A stretch of DNA of 36,523 bases, taken from positions 1-36,523 of IMG/VR virus record IMGVR_UViG_3300025389_000051; one strand, written 5' to 3'. Made by a program: the position numbers and the translations under genes. Numbering within the stretch: the first letter of the stretch is position 1; each line of letters opens with the position of its first letter. Shown piece by piece: positions 19,698 through 28,048 of this stretch. Source of the DNA: a virus (lineage: Duplodnaviria > Caudoviricetes). The notes under the pieces are model-generated. The model did not search any database and was not told where the DNA came from. It was given only the letters and a program-made list of their open reading frames with translations.

Positions 19698-20537
19698 GTG
19701 GCAAACGCTTTAGATGTTGTTCACATAGCGCAACAACAAGTAGGTTTTATTGAGGGGCCGAATAACCAAAACCCTTACGGGGAATGGTACGGAATTCCTA
19801 ATGCCGCCTACTGCGCTATGGGCGTTTCTTGGGTCTTTGCTCAAGCCAATCTCTCGCATCTTGTAGCCGCGCAAACTCCAAAGGGCTTTTCATATTGCCC
19901 TGCGGGGTTGGCGTGGTTTCAGCGCAACGGGCAGATTGTCGAAAAGTATTCGGCTCAGCCCGGTGATCTAGTTTTTTATTCGTGGGGTTCAGGCGTTGCC
20001 GATCATGTTGAAATTGTAGAAGCGGCAAGCCGTGATGGAATTACCGCAATCGGATTTAATACTGGGCCAGACAAATCATCGGGCAATCCTGCTAACGGTG
20101 AGGGATGCTTTAGGGTTCATCGCCCATATCTTTATGTCATGGCGATCGCTCGCCCTGCCTACACAACAACTTTAAAACCTGCTCAATCTTTAGGCACAAA
20201 TAAATTCGTAGCAGGGGGCGTTGCAGGGGCTACCGCCCTTGGCGCAGGTGGCGTAGCCGTTACCCACAACTCAAGCCCTGCCACAACCAAACCAACCACT
20301 ACCTTTTCCGCGCCCGCATGGAACGCAAGCGATTTCAAACCGAGCAGCAAGAGTGCTGCGGTGCTTGCCGTTGAGAAGGCTCTATTTAAGGCTGGATTGC
20401 TCCCACAGGCGTTCCAAAATAGCGGCTGGTCAGATACTCAAGCCTATGCCGTAAAAACCTTCCAGAGTGCCAATAAACTGCCAATTACGGGCATCAATCA
20501 AGCCACCTATACCGAACTAATGAAGAAGTTGCCATGA
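19698..20537 (+). CDS. Endolysin: CHAP/NlpC-P60 domain plus C-terminal peptidoglycan-binding domain
   Basis: YCAMGVSW, PGDLVFY and DHVEIV catalytic Cys/His motifs; AVKTFQSANKLPITG PG_binding_1-like end. Confidence 0.9.
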   Translation: MANALDVVHIAQQQVGFIEGPNNQNPYGEWYGIPNAAYCAMGVSWVFAQANLSHLVAAQTPKGFSYCPAGLAWFQRNGQIVEKYSAQPGDLVFYSWGSGVADHVEIVEAASRDGITAIGFNTGPDKSSGNPANGEGCFRVHRPYLYVMAIARPAYTTTLKPAQSLGTNKFVAGGVAGATALGAGGVAVTHNSSPATTKPTTTFSAPAWNASDFKPSSKSAAVLAVEKALFKAGLLPQAFQNSGWSDTQAYAVKTFQSANKLPITGINQATYTELMKKLP

Positions 20538-20761
20538 TCCGATTAAAATTGACCGACCCAAAGGCTTTGACTCTTGCCGCAGGTACAGGCATGACCGCTT
20601 GGGGTGCTACTGGATTTTCTACTGATATCAAGAAAGTGTTGATGTTCGTTGTGCCTTCGTTTATGGGAGGCGCTGCCGTTCCCCACAATCCAACAAGCCA
20701 ACCAAATATCGCACCCGAATCTCACATCATCACGCCGTATCAAAACAACCTCACCGAATAA
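20534..20761 (+). CDS. Small membrane protein (holin-like)
   Basis: ATGA overlap; two short hydrophobic segments. Confidence 0.55.
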   Translation: MIRLKLTDPKALTLAAGTGMTAWGATGFSTDIKKVLMFVVPSFMGGAAVPHNPTSQPNIAPESHIITPYQNNLTE

Positions 20762-20778
20762 CTTTTACCATTCAACAC

Positions 20779-20808
20779 ACCCTCACCTAATTGGTGGGGG
20801 TCTTTTTT
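20779..20808 (+). terminator. Rho-independent terminator ending the late operon
   Basis: ACCCTCACC-TAATT-GGTGGGGGT followed by CTTTTTT. Confidence 0.8.
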
Positions 20809-20842
20809 GTTTGTTACCCTTCTCTCAAGGGGAGGTTTAACT

Positions 20843-21070
20843 ATGGCATTAGCCGATACATTAGCAACCGTTCGTTATCAATCTAAATTATGTCCTGTTG
20901 CCACTATCTATTATCAGTTAAACGATGAGGATAAAAAAGCATTTGATGGGGCAATAGAAAAGAAAATATCTACCAATGGTCTATTGACCGCACTTCAAAA
21001 AGAAGGATATTCGATTGCTTGGGCAAGTGTGAACAGGCATCTCAAAAAGATTTGTAAGTGTGCCAAATGA
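20843..21070 (+). CDS. Hypothetical protein (possible small DNA/Zn-binding protein)
   Basis: GGAGG SD before ATG 20843; C...RH..CKC. Confidence 0.7.
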   Translation: MALADTLATVRYQSKLCPVATIYYQLNDEDKKAFDGAIEKKISTNGLLTALQKEGYSIAWASVNRHLKKICKCAK

Positions 21071-22125
21071 GCCTAAAAGACAACCTAGAGCCTGATCCGC
21101 AGATTGCCGATCTTCGCAAAGCCCTACTCAACACACAGAGGCAGTTAGCCAATGTCAAGAAGAATAAAGATGATTTCACCGCCGCCGTTGTCCAAGCCGC
21201 GCACGATGCAATGCTCTCGGCTGGCCCAGTACCGCCAGTTCCTACACCTAAAAAAGATTCGCGCGCTAAGAAAGCGGAAGTTGCGCTTTTACACTCGACC
21301 GACTGGCAGTTAGGCAAGCAGACTCTTACCTACAACTCCAAAGAGGCAGAGCGCCTTATTAAGCAATCCATTGATAAAACTATCCGCATCACCAATATTC
21401 ATCGTCAAGATCATCCCGTTAAAGAGGTTGTTCTTATGCTCGGTGGAGATTTAATTGAGAATACAACAATATTCCCCTCACAGGTGTACGAAGTCGATAG
21501 CGATGTAATGAGTCAGTTCGTGGATGTTTCGCGTATCCTCATTGACATTACGCGCACTCTCTTGGCGAACTTTGAGAAAGTAACCGTAGTCTGTGAACCC
21601 GGCAATCATGGTCGTATTGGTAAGTTCGGCGAACTCCCTAAAGACATTAACTGGGATAAGTTGGCTTATATGTTTGCAGGGCAAGCCCTAGCCGATGAGA
21701 AGCGCCTTACTTGGCAGATGACCAAGGAAGATATCCAGCGCGTTCATATCCCAGATCCAACGGGCAAGAGTGAAGGCTACAAGGCTCTGCTCATTCATGG
21801 TGACGAGATCCGTTGGGGAACCGCCTCAACGATTGTCAGATTCGCCGATCGCTGGAAGTCTGGCGCGTACAAGTTCTTCGATGAGGTCGAGCAGATCACC
21901 AAGGGCTTTGACTTCAGGGATCTCTACATCGGTCACTATCATCAGCATCAATCTTGGAACATGGCTAACGGGGAAGGTTCCGTGTTCATGTCTGGGGCGG
22001 TCGAAACGGGCAACAGATACGCCCGTGACCTCCTAGCATCTAACGGTGCAGCCTCTCAGCGACTCCACTTCGTAGATCCCTCTAAGGGGCGTGTGAGCGC
22101 CGAATACAGGCTATGGCTGGAATAG
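21067..22125 (+). CDS. Calcineurin-like metallophosphoesterase with N-terminal coiled coil
   Basis: DWQ, GGD, GNHG, HGD and GHYH motifs. Confidence 0.85.
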   Translation: MSLKDNLEPDPQIADLRKALLNTQRQLANVKKNKDDFTAAVVQAAHDAMLSAGPVPPVPTPKKDSRAKKAEVALLHSTDWQLGKQTLTYNSKEAERLIKQSIDKTIRITNIHRQDHPVKEVVLMLGGDLIENTTIFPSQVYEVDSDVMSQFVDVSRILIDITRTLLANFEKVTVVCEPGNHGRIGKFGELPKDINWDKLAYMFAGQALADEKRLTWQMTKEDIQRVHIPDPTGKSEGYKALLIHGDEIRWGTASTIVRFADRWKSGAYKFFDEVEQITKGFDFRDLYIGHYHQHQSWNMANGEGSVFMSGAVETGNRYARDLLASNGAASQRLHFVDPSKGRVSAEYRLWLE

Positions 22126-22203
22126 CAGTCCTCTACGGGGTGACGATAGCCCTCTGGGTGCTGATAGCCATATTCACAGGGATCTTCTAGCCAAATCGGA
22201 CAT

Positions 22204-22238
22204 ATCCCCCGAAAGGGGGGTGGTTCAAAATTTTTTTT
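22204..22238 (+). terminator. GAAA hairpin with downstream T-run
   Basis: ATCCCCC-GAAA-GGGGGGT, then T8 at 22231-22238. Confidence 0.6.
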
Positions 22239-22279
22239 AATTTCTTGCCAAAACGGTCTTTTTTGCCCCCAGATGGGTT

Positions 22280-22331
22280 TATAGTTATGCCATGAACCAA
22301 ACGGTTCTAGATTCTGGAGGGAATCAAAATG
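22280..22331 (+). promoter_or_regulatory. Early promoter and structured leader, copy 1
   Basis: -10 TATAGT at 22280; GAACC-AAAC-GGTTC hairpin; AGATTCTGGAGGGAATCAAAATG (22309-22331) identical to 27159-27181. Confidence 0.75.
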
Positions 22332-22625
22332 GCAAAATCAGCAACCTGCAAAAACTGCGGAACTCAAGACCTTACATGGCGTAAATCGTCTAAAGGTAAT
22401 TGGTATCTATGCGAACCTACACAGGTTTCTACTTTAACTCATGGCAACTTTGTCGTTATTCCAACTGCACATTATTGCGCAGAAGTTGTAACTGCCGAAC
22501 CTAAAAGCCATGAACGCATTGCGATTGAGATTAAACACTTACAAACTCTTAAGAGTGAATTCCCTGAATCGTGGACTCAAACAGATGAATATAAACTGCT
22601 TAAACTACTTTCACAGATGGCATAA
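22329..22625 (+). CDS. Hypothetical protein with CxxC...HxC zinc motif
   Basis: GGAGG SD; CKNCG...HYC; apparent own promoter and terminator. Confidence 0.8.
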   Translation: MAKSATCKNCGTQDLTWRKSSKGNWYLCEPTQVSTLTHGNFVVIPTAHYCAEVVTAEPKSHERIAIEIKHLQTLKSEFPESWTQTDEYKLLKLLSQMA

Positions 22626-22640
22626 CTTACAAAACAAAAT

Positions 22641-22668
22641 AGCCCCTACTCTTCATTGAGTGGGGGCT
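22641..22668. terminator. Bidirectional terminator between convergent genes
   Basis: AGCCCCTACTC-TTCATT-GAGTGGGGGCT with A-rich left and T-rich right flanks. Confidence 0.8.
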
Positions 22669-22701
22669 TATTTGCGTTTCAGGGGGATGCAGATTGTAGG
22701 C

Positions 22702-22884
22702 TTAATTATCGCCGTCTAGCAAATCCTCGCCAGTCAAAGCGATCTCAGATGCCTTCATAGTTTCAATAGCCTCGGCAAAGAGTTTTGTAGCGCGATTGCA
22801 GATATCGTCTAAATGGTCAGGAAAATTCTCGCTGGATTGAATCTCCACCTCAAGATCATAGACACGCACGACAACTGAAATCAT
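22702..22884 (-). CDS. 60-aa acidic hypothetical protein, the only supported minus-strand gene
   Basis: No competing + ORF; TATTCT 7 nt before the ATG (leaderless); ends at the bidirectional terminator. Confidence 0.65.
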   Translation of the reverse strand: MISVVVRVYDLEVEIQSSENFPDHLDDICNRATKLFAEAIETMKASEIALTGEDLLDGDN

Positions 22885-22991
22885 GGGGAAAAGAATAGCG
22901 CAAACACACCTTACAAGATTCTTGCTTTTTGTCGGTGGCTACCCCTACCCTGTAACCAATGCCAATCTCGGCAGATTAACTGGAGGTAAAG

Positions 22992-23123
22992 ATGGCTGAA
23001 TGGACTGTAACTCTTGATAGCAAAGAGTGGATGAAACTGCTTGATGACATTAAGTATTCAAATCCAAAATCTCATGCACTACTTGAAAAGAACATCAAAG
23101 TAACGGAGGAACAAAATGGCTGA
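22992..23123 (+). CDS. 43-aa hypothetical protein (not in ORF track)
   Basis: CTGGAGGT SD; MAEWTVTLDSKEWMKLLDDIKYSNPKSHALLEKNIKVTEEQNG. Confidence 0.7.
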   Translation: MAEWTVTLDSKEWMKLLDDIKYSNPKSHALLEKNIKVTEEQNG

Positions 23124-23778
23124 AAAAGAAATTCACCCTTTAGCAAAAATGCTTGAACCTTTTGCTCCCAATGAAATAAATCAAATCCCTAAAGGTGGAC
23201 TAAAACTAGATTATGTTGGTCATGCTGCTCTTACTAAGCGACTACTTGAAACTGATTTGAATTGGTCGTGGGAACCTTTTGCAATAGGCGAAGATGGTTT
23301 GCCTAAGTTAGATGAACGCGGTGGTTTGTGGATACGCCTAACAGTTTGTGGCATTACTCGTATTGGTTATGGTGATTCTGGAAACTCAAGGGGAACACAA
23401 GCCATTAAAGAAGCCATTGGAGATGCGTTGCGTAACGCTGGTATGCGTTTTGGCGCGGCGTTAGATCTATGGCACAAGGGAGATCTATTTGATCTTGCTG
23501 AATCGCGTGGCGATGCAAAGTACAGTATGCAAAAAATTGCGCGCCGTGAAGAACAAACAGTTGTAGCGCCCACTTACACAAAAGAACAAGAAGAACTTGC
23601 TGCTGAAGCATTAGATCAGATTCCTGATATTGATTCACTTCCGCAACTTAAACTCCTTTACGATGGCGCATTGGCTGCTGGTCTTGTCAATGTTCCTGTT
23701 AATGGCAATACTGTTGATAAAGCAGTTAGAAGCCACAAGCGAGCATTAGAAAAGAAAGCATTGGAGGCAACCAAGTGA
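23116..23778 (+). CDS. Rad52/Sak-like single-strand annealing protein
   Basis: LDYVGHA..RL, WIRLTVCG and KEAIGDALRNAGMRFG..LW motifs. Confidence 0.8.
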   Translation: MAEKEIHPLAKMLEPFAPNEINQIPKGGLKLDYVGHAALTKRLLETDLNWSWEPFAIGEDGLPKLDERGGLWIRLTVCGITRIGYGDSGNSRGTQAIKEAIGDALRNAGMRFGAALDLWHKGDLFDLAESRGDAKYSMQKIARREEQTVVAPTYTKEQEELAAEALDQIPDIDSLPQLKLLYDGALAAGLVNVPVNGNTVDKAVRSHKRALEKKALEATK

Positions 23779-23918
23779 GCATGATGCATTTACTACCTAG
23801 CGCAGAGCGTTCGCGCCGTTACTATCAAGTTCGCGCAGTTGTTCGCGGAGTTTTCTGGACTGCTTTCTTTATTGGAGCGATCACCTTTATCAACATCATC
23901 ACGGGAGTTAAATACTAA
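23775..23918 (+). CDS. 47-aa membrane protein (not in ORF track)
   Basis: GGAGG SD, GTGA overlap; hydrophobic GVFWTAFFIGAITFINIITG. Confidence 0.65.
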   Translation: MSMMHLLPSAERSRRYYQVRAVVRGVFWTAFFIGAITFINIITGVKY

Positions 23919-24262
23919 TGATTACTCCACAACAAGTTGAGAAGCGCCTCTTCGATCTATCTAAGGAGATGGATGAGGCCCACGCCGATCTCGTAGGGGC
24001 AGAACAGGAATTTCATTCTGCCTCAGCACATTACGAAGTTGCGATGGCTAAGGCTCGTATGAAGAATTCACATACTGATCTAAAGATGACCGCAACTATG
24101 CGCGAGGATCAGGCTCTTATCGAGAACGAAACCATGCATCTGCGTTTAGCAATCGCTGAAGCATCTGTTAAGGCTTGCCGAGCAAATGTCAATCGAATCC
24201 GAACACAGGTAGATATCACTCGATCAATTAGTTCATCTATCAAAGCCACATTGGAGTTGTAA
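23918..24262 (+). CDS. All-helical coiled-coil protein, possibly a UvsY-like recombination accessory
   Basis: Heptad pattern; lies between the annealase and the exonuclease. Confidence 0.55.
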   Translation: MITPQQVEKRLFDLSKEMDEAHADLVGAEQEFHSASAHYEVAMAKARMKNSHTDLKMTATMREDQALIENETMHLRLAIAEASVKACRANVNRIRTQVDITRSISSSIKATLEL

Positions 24263-24429
24263 TGGCGGCTTGTGCAATATGTTCACAACTGAACAAAAAA
24301 TTGCATAAGTGCAGTTACAAATCACATCGAGTTTATGTCTGCACAAAATGCACGATTGATTTCAATAGTTTATTAGAAGTGGAGGATTCAATAAATGGAC
24401 ATTATCAAGACACTCACAACTGCGCTTAG
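24262..24429 (+). CDS. 55-aa zinc-finger protein (not in ORF track)
   Basis: TAATG coupling; CAIC...CTKC. Confidence 0.6.
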   Translation: MAACAICSQLNKKLHKCSYKSHRVYVCTKCTIDFNSLLEVEDSINGHYQDTHNCA

Positions 24430-25051
24430 GGATGCAGATTCTCAAAAAGAGCGTTCGGTGCAGGTTGAACTTGGGGCTTCATCGGTTGGAGGTTGCCGCG
24501 CTCAGGCTTGGCACATTCTTAATCAGACCCCAACAACCAATCACGATACCGAATCTCTAGCAGCAATAATGGGTACGGCAATGCACTCCGCTATCCACGA
24601 TGCGTTGAAGGCTCACGATATTTTTGGGGATGATTTCATCCTTGAAGAAGGATTTAGTGATGAGTTCTTCAAAGGTCATTGTGATTTCTACTCTCGCAAG
24701 GCAGAAGCGGTATTTGATTTCAAGACCGTAACACTTGCAAAGATGGCGAAAGGTGGGCTGCCTACAAAGCAGCAGAAAATTCAAGTGAACATTTATGGGA
24801 GTTTGATCGCGCAGCAATACCCAGTTAAAACTGTTGGCTTGGTATTCATTCCGCGTGATGGCAAGTTCTCAGATATACAGGTATGGCAAGCAGACTACGA
24901 TCCAAAGTTAGTTGAGGAAGCCCGCACTTGGGTTTCTGAAGTAAAAGCGATGACCTCCCCACCACCGCCAGAAAATTCGGCTAAGTTTTTTTGCAGTTCA
25001 TATTGCAAGTTTTATGACCCTACTGGAGAGATTGGATGTGTTGGCAAGTGA
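24395..25051 (+). CDS. Cas4-like PD-(D/E)xK exonuclease
   Basis: GTAMH, GHCD, DFKT and QVNIY motifs; one N-terminal plus three C-terminal Cys (Fe-S staple). Confidence 0.88.
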   Translation: MDIIKTLTTALRDADSQKERSVQVELGASSVGGCRAQAWHILNQTPTTNHDTESLAAIMGTAMHSAIHDALKAHDIFGDDFILEEGFSDEFFKGHCDFYSRKAEAVFDFKTVTLAKMAKGGLPTKQQKIQVNIYGSLIAQQYPVKTVGLVFIPRDGKFSDIQVWQADYDPKLVEEARTWVSEVKAMTSPPPPENSAKFFCSSYCKFYDPTGEIGCVGK

Positions 25052-25377
25052 GAGAAATTAATATCAAAGGAACGGATTGGGCTAGGGCTAATTGCCGGGG
25101 GCTTAATACTGAGATTTTTTATCTAGAAGAAAGTGATCTGATCCAGCGCCAGTTAGATAACAGATCAGTTCGTAAGGTTTGTTTCACCTGCCCTATTCAG
25201 AAAGATTGTTTAGCGGCTGGCATGGAGGAAGAGTTTGGAATCTGGGGCGGCTTTACTCGTAGAGAGCGCACAAAGATTCGTAACGAACGACTCGCCGATC
25301 TTGAGATGAACCCAGTTCGCCGCGATCTTGCGGATTTTGGTATTACGCTAGATGAAGCAATCAAGGGAGTCGCATGA
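25048..25377 (+). CDS. whiB: WhiB-family transcription factor
   Basis: W..ANC, C..CPIQKDC, FGIWGG and RER motifs. Confidence 0.92.
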   Translation: MREINIKGTDWARANCRGLNTEIFYLEESDLIQRQLDNRSVRKVCFTCPIQKDCLAAGMEEEFGIWGGFTRRERTKIRNERLADLEMNPVRRDLADFGITLDEAIKGVA

Positions 25378-25661
25378 AAACTATTCTTCAAGAAGCCGAA
25401 ACCGCTTTCATTACAGTTCACGAATCGTTCTGTTTAGAGAAGGATTTGAAGAAATGCCATCTAAATCATTACGATCTCATAAAACGCTTGCAAGATTACG
25501 AGAAAGGCATTGAAGCCCGGATCAGGTCTGAGATTGCTGGCGATCTAGAACAGGCTAGAGATTTCTTGGTTCTGACAAAAGATCCAGAAGAAGGAACTGC
25601 GGCTATGTGGATTAAGTTTGCTTTTGATAAAGCGGTTGGATTTCTAAAGGAAGAAAAATGA
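25374..25661 (+). CDS. Hypothetical protein
   Basis: ATGA overlaps at both ends; GGGAG SD. Confidence 0.7.
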   Translation: MKTILQEAETAFITVHESFCLEKDLKKCHLNHYDLIKRLQDYEKGIEARIRSEIAGDLEQARDFLVLTKDPEEGTAAMWIKFAFDKAVGFLKEEK

Positions 25662-26407
25662 CTTGGATAAAAATTGATGACACTCTTCCCAACAACCCAA
25701 AGATTCTGCCGTTGTCGGATGGCGCGTTTAGGCTCTACATTGAAGGGCTTTGTTACGCCAATCAGTACCTCACAGATGGTTTTCTAACTGATGCGGTTTT
25801 GCTTCGATTAGATTCCAACAACAATCGCAGAGAACTTGTTGAGGCTTGTCTTTGGATTGAGTGCTTAGGCGGTATGCAGATTAACGATTACACCGAGCAT
25901 CAAACTGCCAAATCTGAGGTGGAGAAGAAGCGCGAGCAGAACAAAGAGCGTTCGTCACGCTATCGGTCACGCGTTACTAACGCTGAAGTAACGCATCCAG
26001 AATACAGAATACAGAATACAGATACAGAAATAACTACACCATCAAACAAGTTTGATGAGTTCTGGTCTGTTTATCCAAGAAAAGTCGGAAAGCGCGATGC
26101 TGAGAACGCTTACAAGCGGGCGCTCAAGATTGCTACCTCTGAAGAAATCTTTGAAGGAGCCAAACGCTACGCATCTGATCCGAACCGAGTAGATCAATTT
26201 ACGGCTCATCCTGCCACTTGGCTGAATCGCGGGTCATGGGGAGATCAACCACTACCCCCTAGAACGCCTCAGAATGGCGCTAGAGCCGTTATTACTACCC
26301 CAACCGTAGTTCCACCTAGGTACACCGCAGAAGATGCCCCACAGGGCGCTCCAATGCCCGAATCGGTAAGGGCGCTTTTGGGTCGTTTGGGCGATTTGCG
26401 CGAGTAA
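25658..26407 (+). CDS. Phage replication initiator/replisome organiser
   Basis: WIKIDD..NPKI N-domain; FDEFWSVYPRKVGK...ATWLN C-domain; repeat-rich linker. Confidence 0.8.
   Translation: MTWIKIDDTLPNNPKILPLSDGAFRLYIEGLCYANQYLTDGFLTDAVLLRLDSNNNRRELVEACLWIECLGGMQINDYTEHQTAKSEVEKKREQNKERSSRYRSRVTNAEVTHPEYRIQNTDTEITTPSNKFDEFWSVYPRKVGKRDAENAYKRALKIATSEEIFEGAKRYASDPNRVDQFTAHPATWLNRGSWGDQPLPPRTPQNGARAVITTPTVVPPRYTAEDAPQGAPMPESVRALLGRLGDLRE
25954..26032. repeat. Iteron-like repeats inside the initiator gene (putative origin)
   Basis: GT(C/A)ACGC copies in both orientations, then CAGAATA x3 plus two variants. Confidence 0.6.
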
Positions 26408-26457
26408 GTAATTTATGTCACCATTTTCTGTAAGAGTTACAAGATCAGGGGGATCAA

Positions 26458-26649
26458 ATGCAAACTCTTCGCATACGCAAGGCAAGTGATGTAAGTCTTG
26501 GCGATGTGATCTATTGGAACGGTCAGCACTTCACCGTGACTGAGATAGACACAGACCGCTTTGGGCGCGAACTTCACTTACAAGAACCAACAGGTCGAAC
26601 AACGGTCAAGTTCTTTGCTGACTACGAAACTCTCAGTATTGAATCGTGA
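26458..26649 (+). CDS. 63-aa small beta-barrel-like hypothetical protein
   Basis: ASDVSLGDVI pattern; AGGGGG SD. Confidence 0.7.
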   Translation: MQTLRIRKASDVSLGDVIYWNGQHFTVTEIDTDRFGRELHLQEPTGRTTVKFFADYETLSIES

Positions 26650-27032
26650 TTAAGTTCTCCGTTGATGGTACGCCCGTACCGCAAGGGAGCATGAAACATA
26701 TCGGGGGCGGCAGAATGATTCATTCCCGCGCTACCGAACTTGCGACATGGCGCGCTCTCATTGCGAACGCGGCGAAGGCAGCAGGTTGCAAGCCCATTGA
26801 AAGCCCTATAATTATTACTATGGTTTTCCGCTTGAAGCGCCCTAAAACGGTCAAGCGTGAACACCCAACGGTAATGCCAGATGTGGATAAACTGGCGCGA
26901 GCCGTGAACGATGGCCTCAGCGGGGCTGCTTTTCAGGATGATGCTCAGGTAATCCGCATGACTGCCAGCAAGGAATATTCAGATACGCCGGGTGTGGATA
27001 TCGAGATTTCAGACGAGTTTGACTGCCTGTAA
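26646..27032 (+). CDS. rusA: RusA-like Holliday junction resolvase
   Basis: PVPQGS, PDVDKLARAVNDGL and DDAQV motifs. Confidence 0.92.
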   Translation: MIKFSVDGTPVPQGSMKHIGGGRMIHSRATELATWRALIANAAKAAGCKPIESPIIITMVFRLKRPKTVKREHPTVMPDVDKLARAVNDGLSGAAFQDDAQVIRMTASKEYSDTPGVDIEISDEFDCL

Positions 27033-27048
27033 TCGAACATTTGTTCGG
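27033..27048. promoter_or_regulatory. LexA (SOS) box, Gram-positive/actinobacterial type
   Basis: TCGAAC-ATTT-GTTCGG versus consensus TCGAAC-N4-GTTCGA; intergenic. Confidence 0.7.
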
Positions 27049-27093
27049 TGACAAAGATAACAAAATTGTTATAAACATTTTGCTCAAATGGTC

Positions 27094-27181
27094 TTGAAAT
27101 ACCCCAACCATCCCTTACAGTTGTCTTATTGAAGAACCGAACGGCGGGGATTCAATAAAGATTCTGGAGGGAATCAAAATG
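27094..27181 (+). promoter_or_regulatory. Early promoter and structured leader, copy 2
   Basis: TTGAAA-16-TACAGT; TTATTGAA/TTCAATAA stem enclosing GAACCGAACGGC; 23-nt identity with 22309-22331. Confidence 0.75.
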
Positions 27182-27406
27182 ATGAAGTTAGTACCAACAA
27201 ATGAAAAAATTACAATTAAGTGGTTTGCAGTTTTATCTGATGGATCAAAAATGCGTAACAACAAAGGATTCATTCACAACGCTTGGGATGTTGAATGTTC
27301 TTGCGGTTGGGAATCAAGAACTGGTGGCGCAATCAAAGCCGCAGTTGTAAAAGATGTTGATAAGCATAAATTGTTTGTTCATAACTACGAATTTGTGGTG
27401 GCATAA
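27179..27406 (+). CDS. Hypothetical protein, array ORF 1
   Basis: CSCGW...H..H motif; ends GTGGTGGCATAA. Confidence 0.8.
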   Translation: MMKLVPTNEKITIKWFAVLSDGSKMRNNKGFIHNAWDVECSCGWESRTGGAIKAAVVKDVDKHKLFVHNYEFVVA

Positions 27407-27598
27407 ATGCATACACAAGTTAATTTAGAAGATTTTATGATTGAAGCCCATAAAAAGTCTGGCCTTCATTTTAATACTTTTCATCGCTCAATTCGCATTA
27501 TTAATGATCGCAGAGGTAGAACTTTGTATCAAGAAATTAAAAATGGAGAAATGCCCATAGATCATTTTGTAATGTTACTAAGAAAGTTTGGTGCATAA
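27407..27598 (+). CDS. Hypothetical protein, array ORF 2
   Basis: TAA-ATG abutting; ends GGTGCATAA. Confidence 0.75.
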   Translation: MHTQVNLEDFMIEAHKKSGLHFNTFHRSIRIINDRRGRTLYQEIKNGEMPIDHFVMLLRKFGA

Positions 27599-27793
27599 AT
27601 GCCTAAATTTAGCGTTGGAGATAAAGTCATTTTTCACAATCAATTAGCAACAATTACAGAAGTTCATTATTACTTGCCAACACGAACTGGAAAAAAGAAA
27701 ATGATTTGGTATTCAGTTCAATATGATGGCTTTAGAGCGCAATATGCAGTATCACAAAAAACTAATTCTTTAAAGAAAGCGAAGGTGGCATAA
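27599..27793 (+). CDS. Hypothetical SH3/KOW-like protein, array ORF 3
   Basis: KFSVGDKV...YSVQY pattern; ends GGTGGCATAA. Confidence 0.75.
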   Translation: MPKFSVGDKVIFHNQLATITEVHYYLPTRTGKKKMIWYSVQYDGFRAQYAVSQKTNSLKKAKVA

Positions 27794-28048
27794 ATGGCTA
27801 AGGTAATAGATTCAATGGATAACTTGTTATTTTTGAAAAAGCATCTTGTGAAAGGAAATCGCTGGCATATTTACAAAGAATCAGATTATTGCACAATGGT
27901 TACTTACTGTAATTTGGGTTTTGAACCACAAGATTATTCTGCGCGAACGGTTAATAATGAACAATATGAATGGGCAACTGGCGAGAAATGGCAACCTGAA
28001 AACATCTGCCCAAAGTGCGTAAAGAACTTTGAATTGGTGGTGGCATAA
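27794..28048 (+). CDS. Hypothetical Cys/His protein, array ORF 4
   Basis: WH..TYC...CPKC; ends GTGGTGGCATAA. Confidence 0.75.
   Translation: MAKVIDSMDNLLFLKKHLVKGNRWHIYKESDYCTMVTYCNLGFEPQDYSARTVNNEQYEWATGEKWQPENICPKCVKNFELVVA

Noticed and set aside
24395-25051. CRISPR-Cas system
   Set aside because: Solo Cas4-like nucleases next to annealases are ordinary phage recombination genes; no array is present
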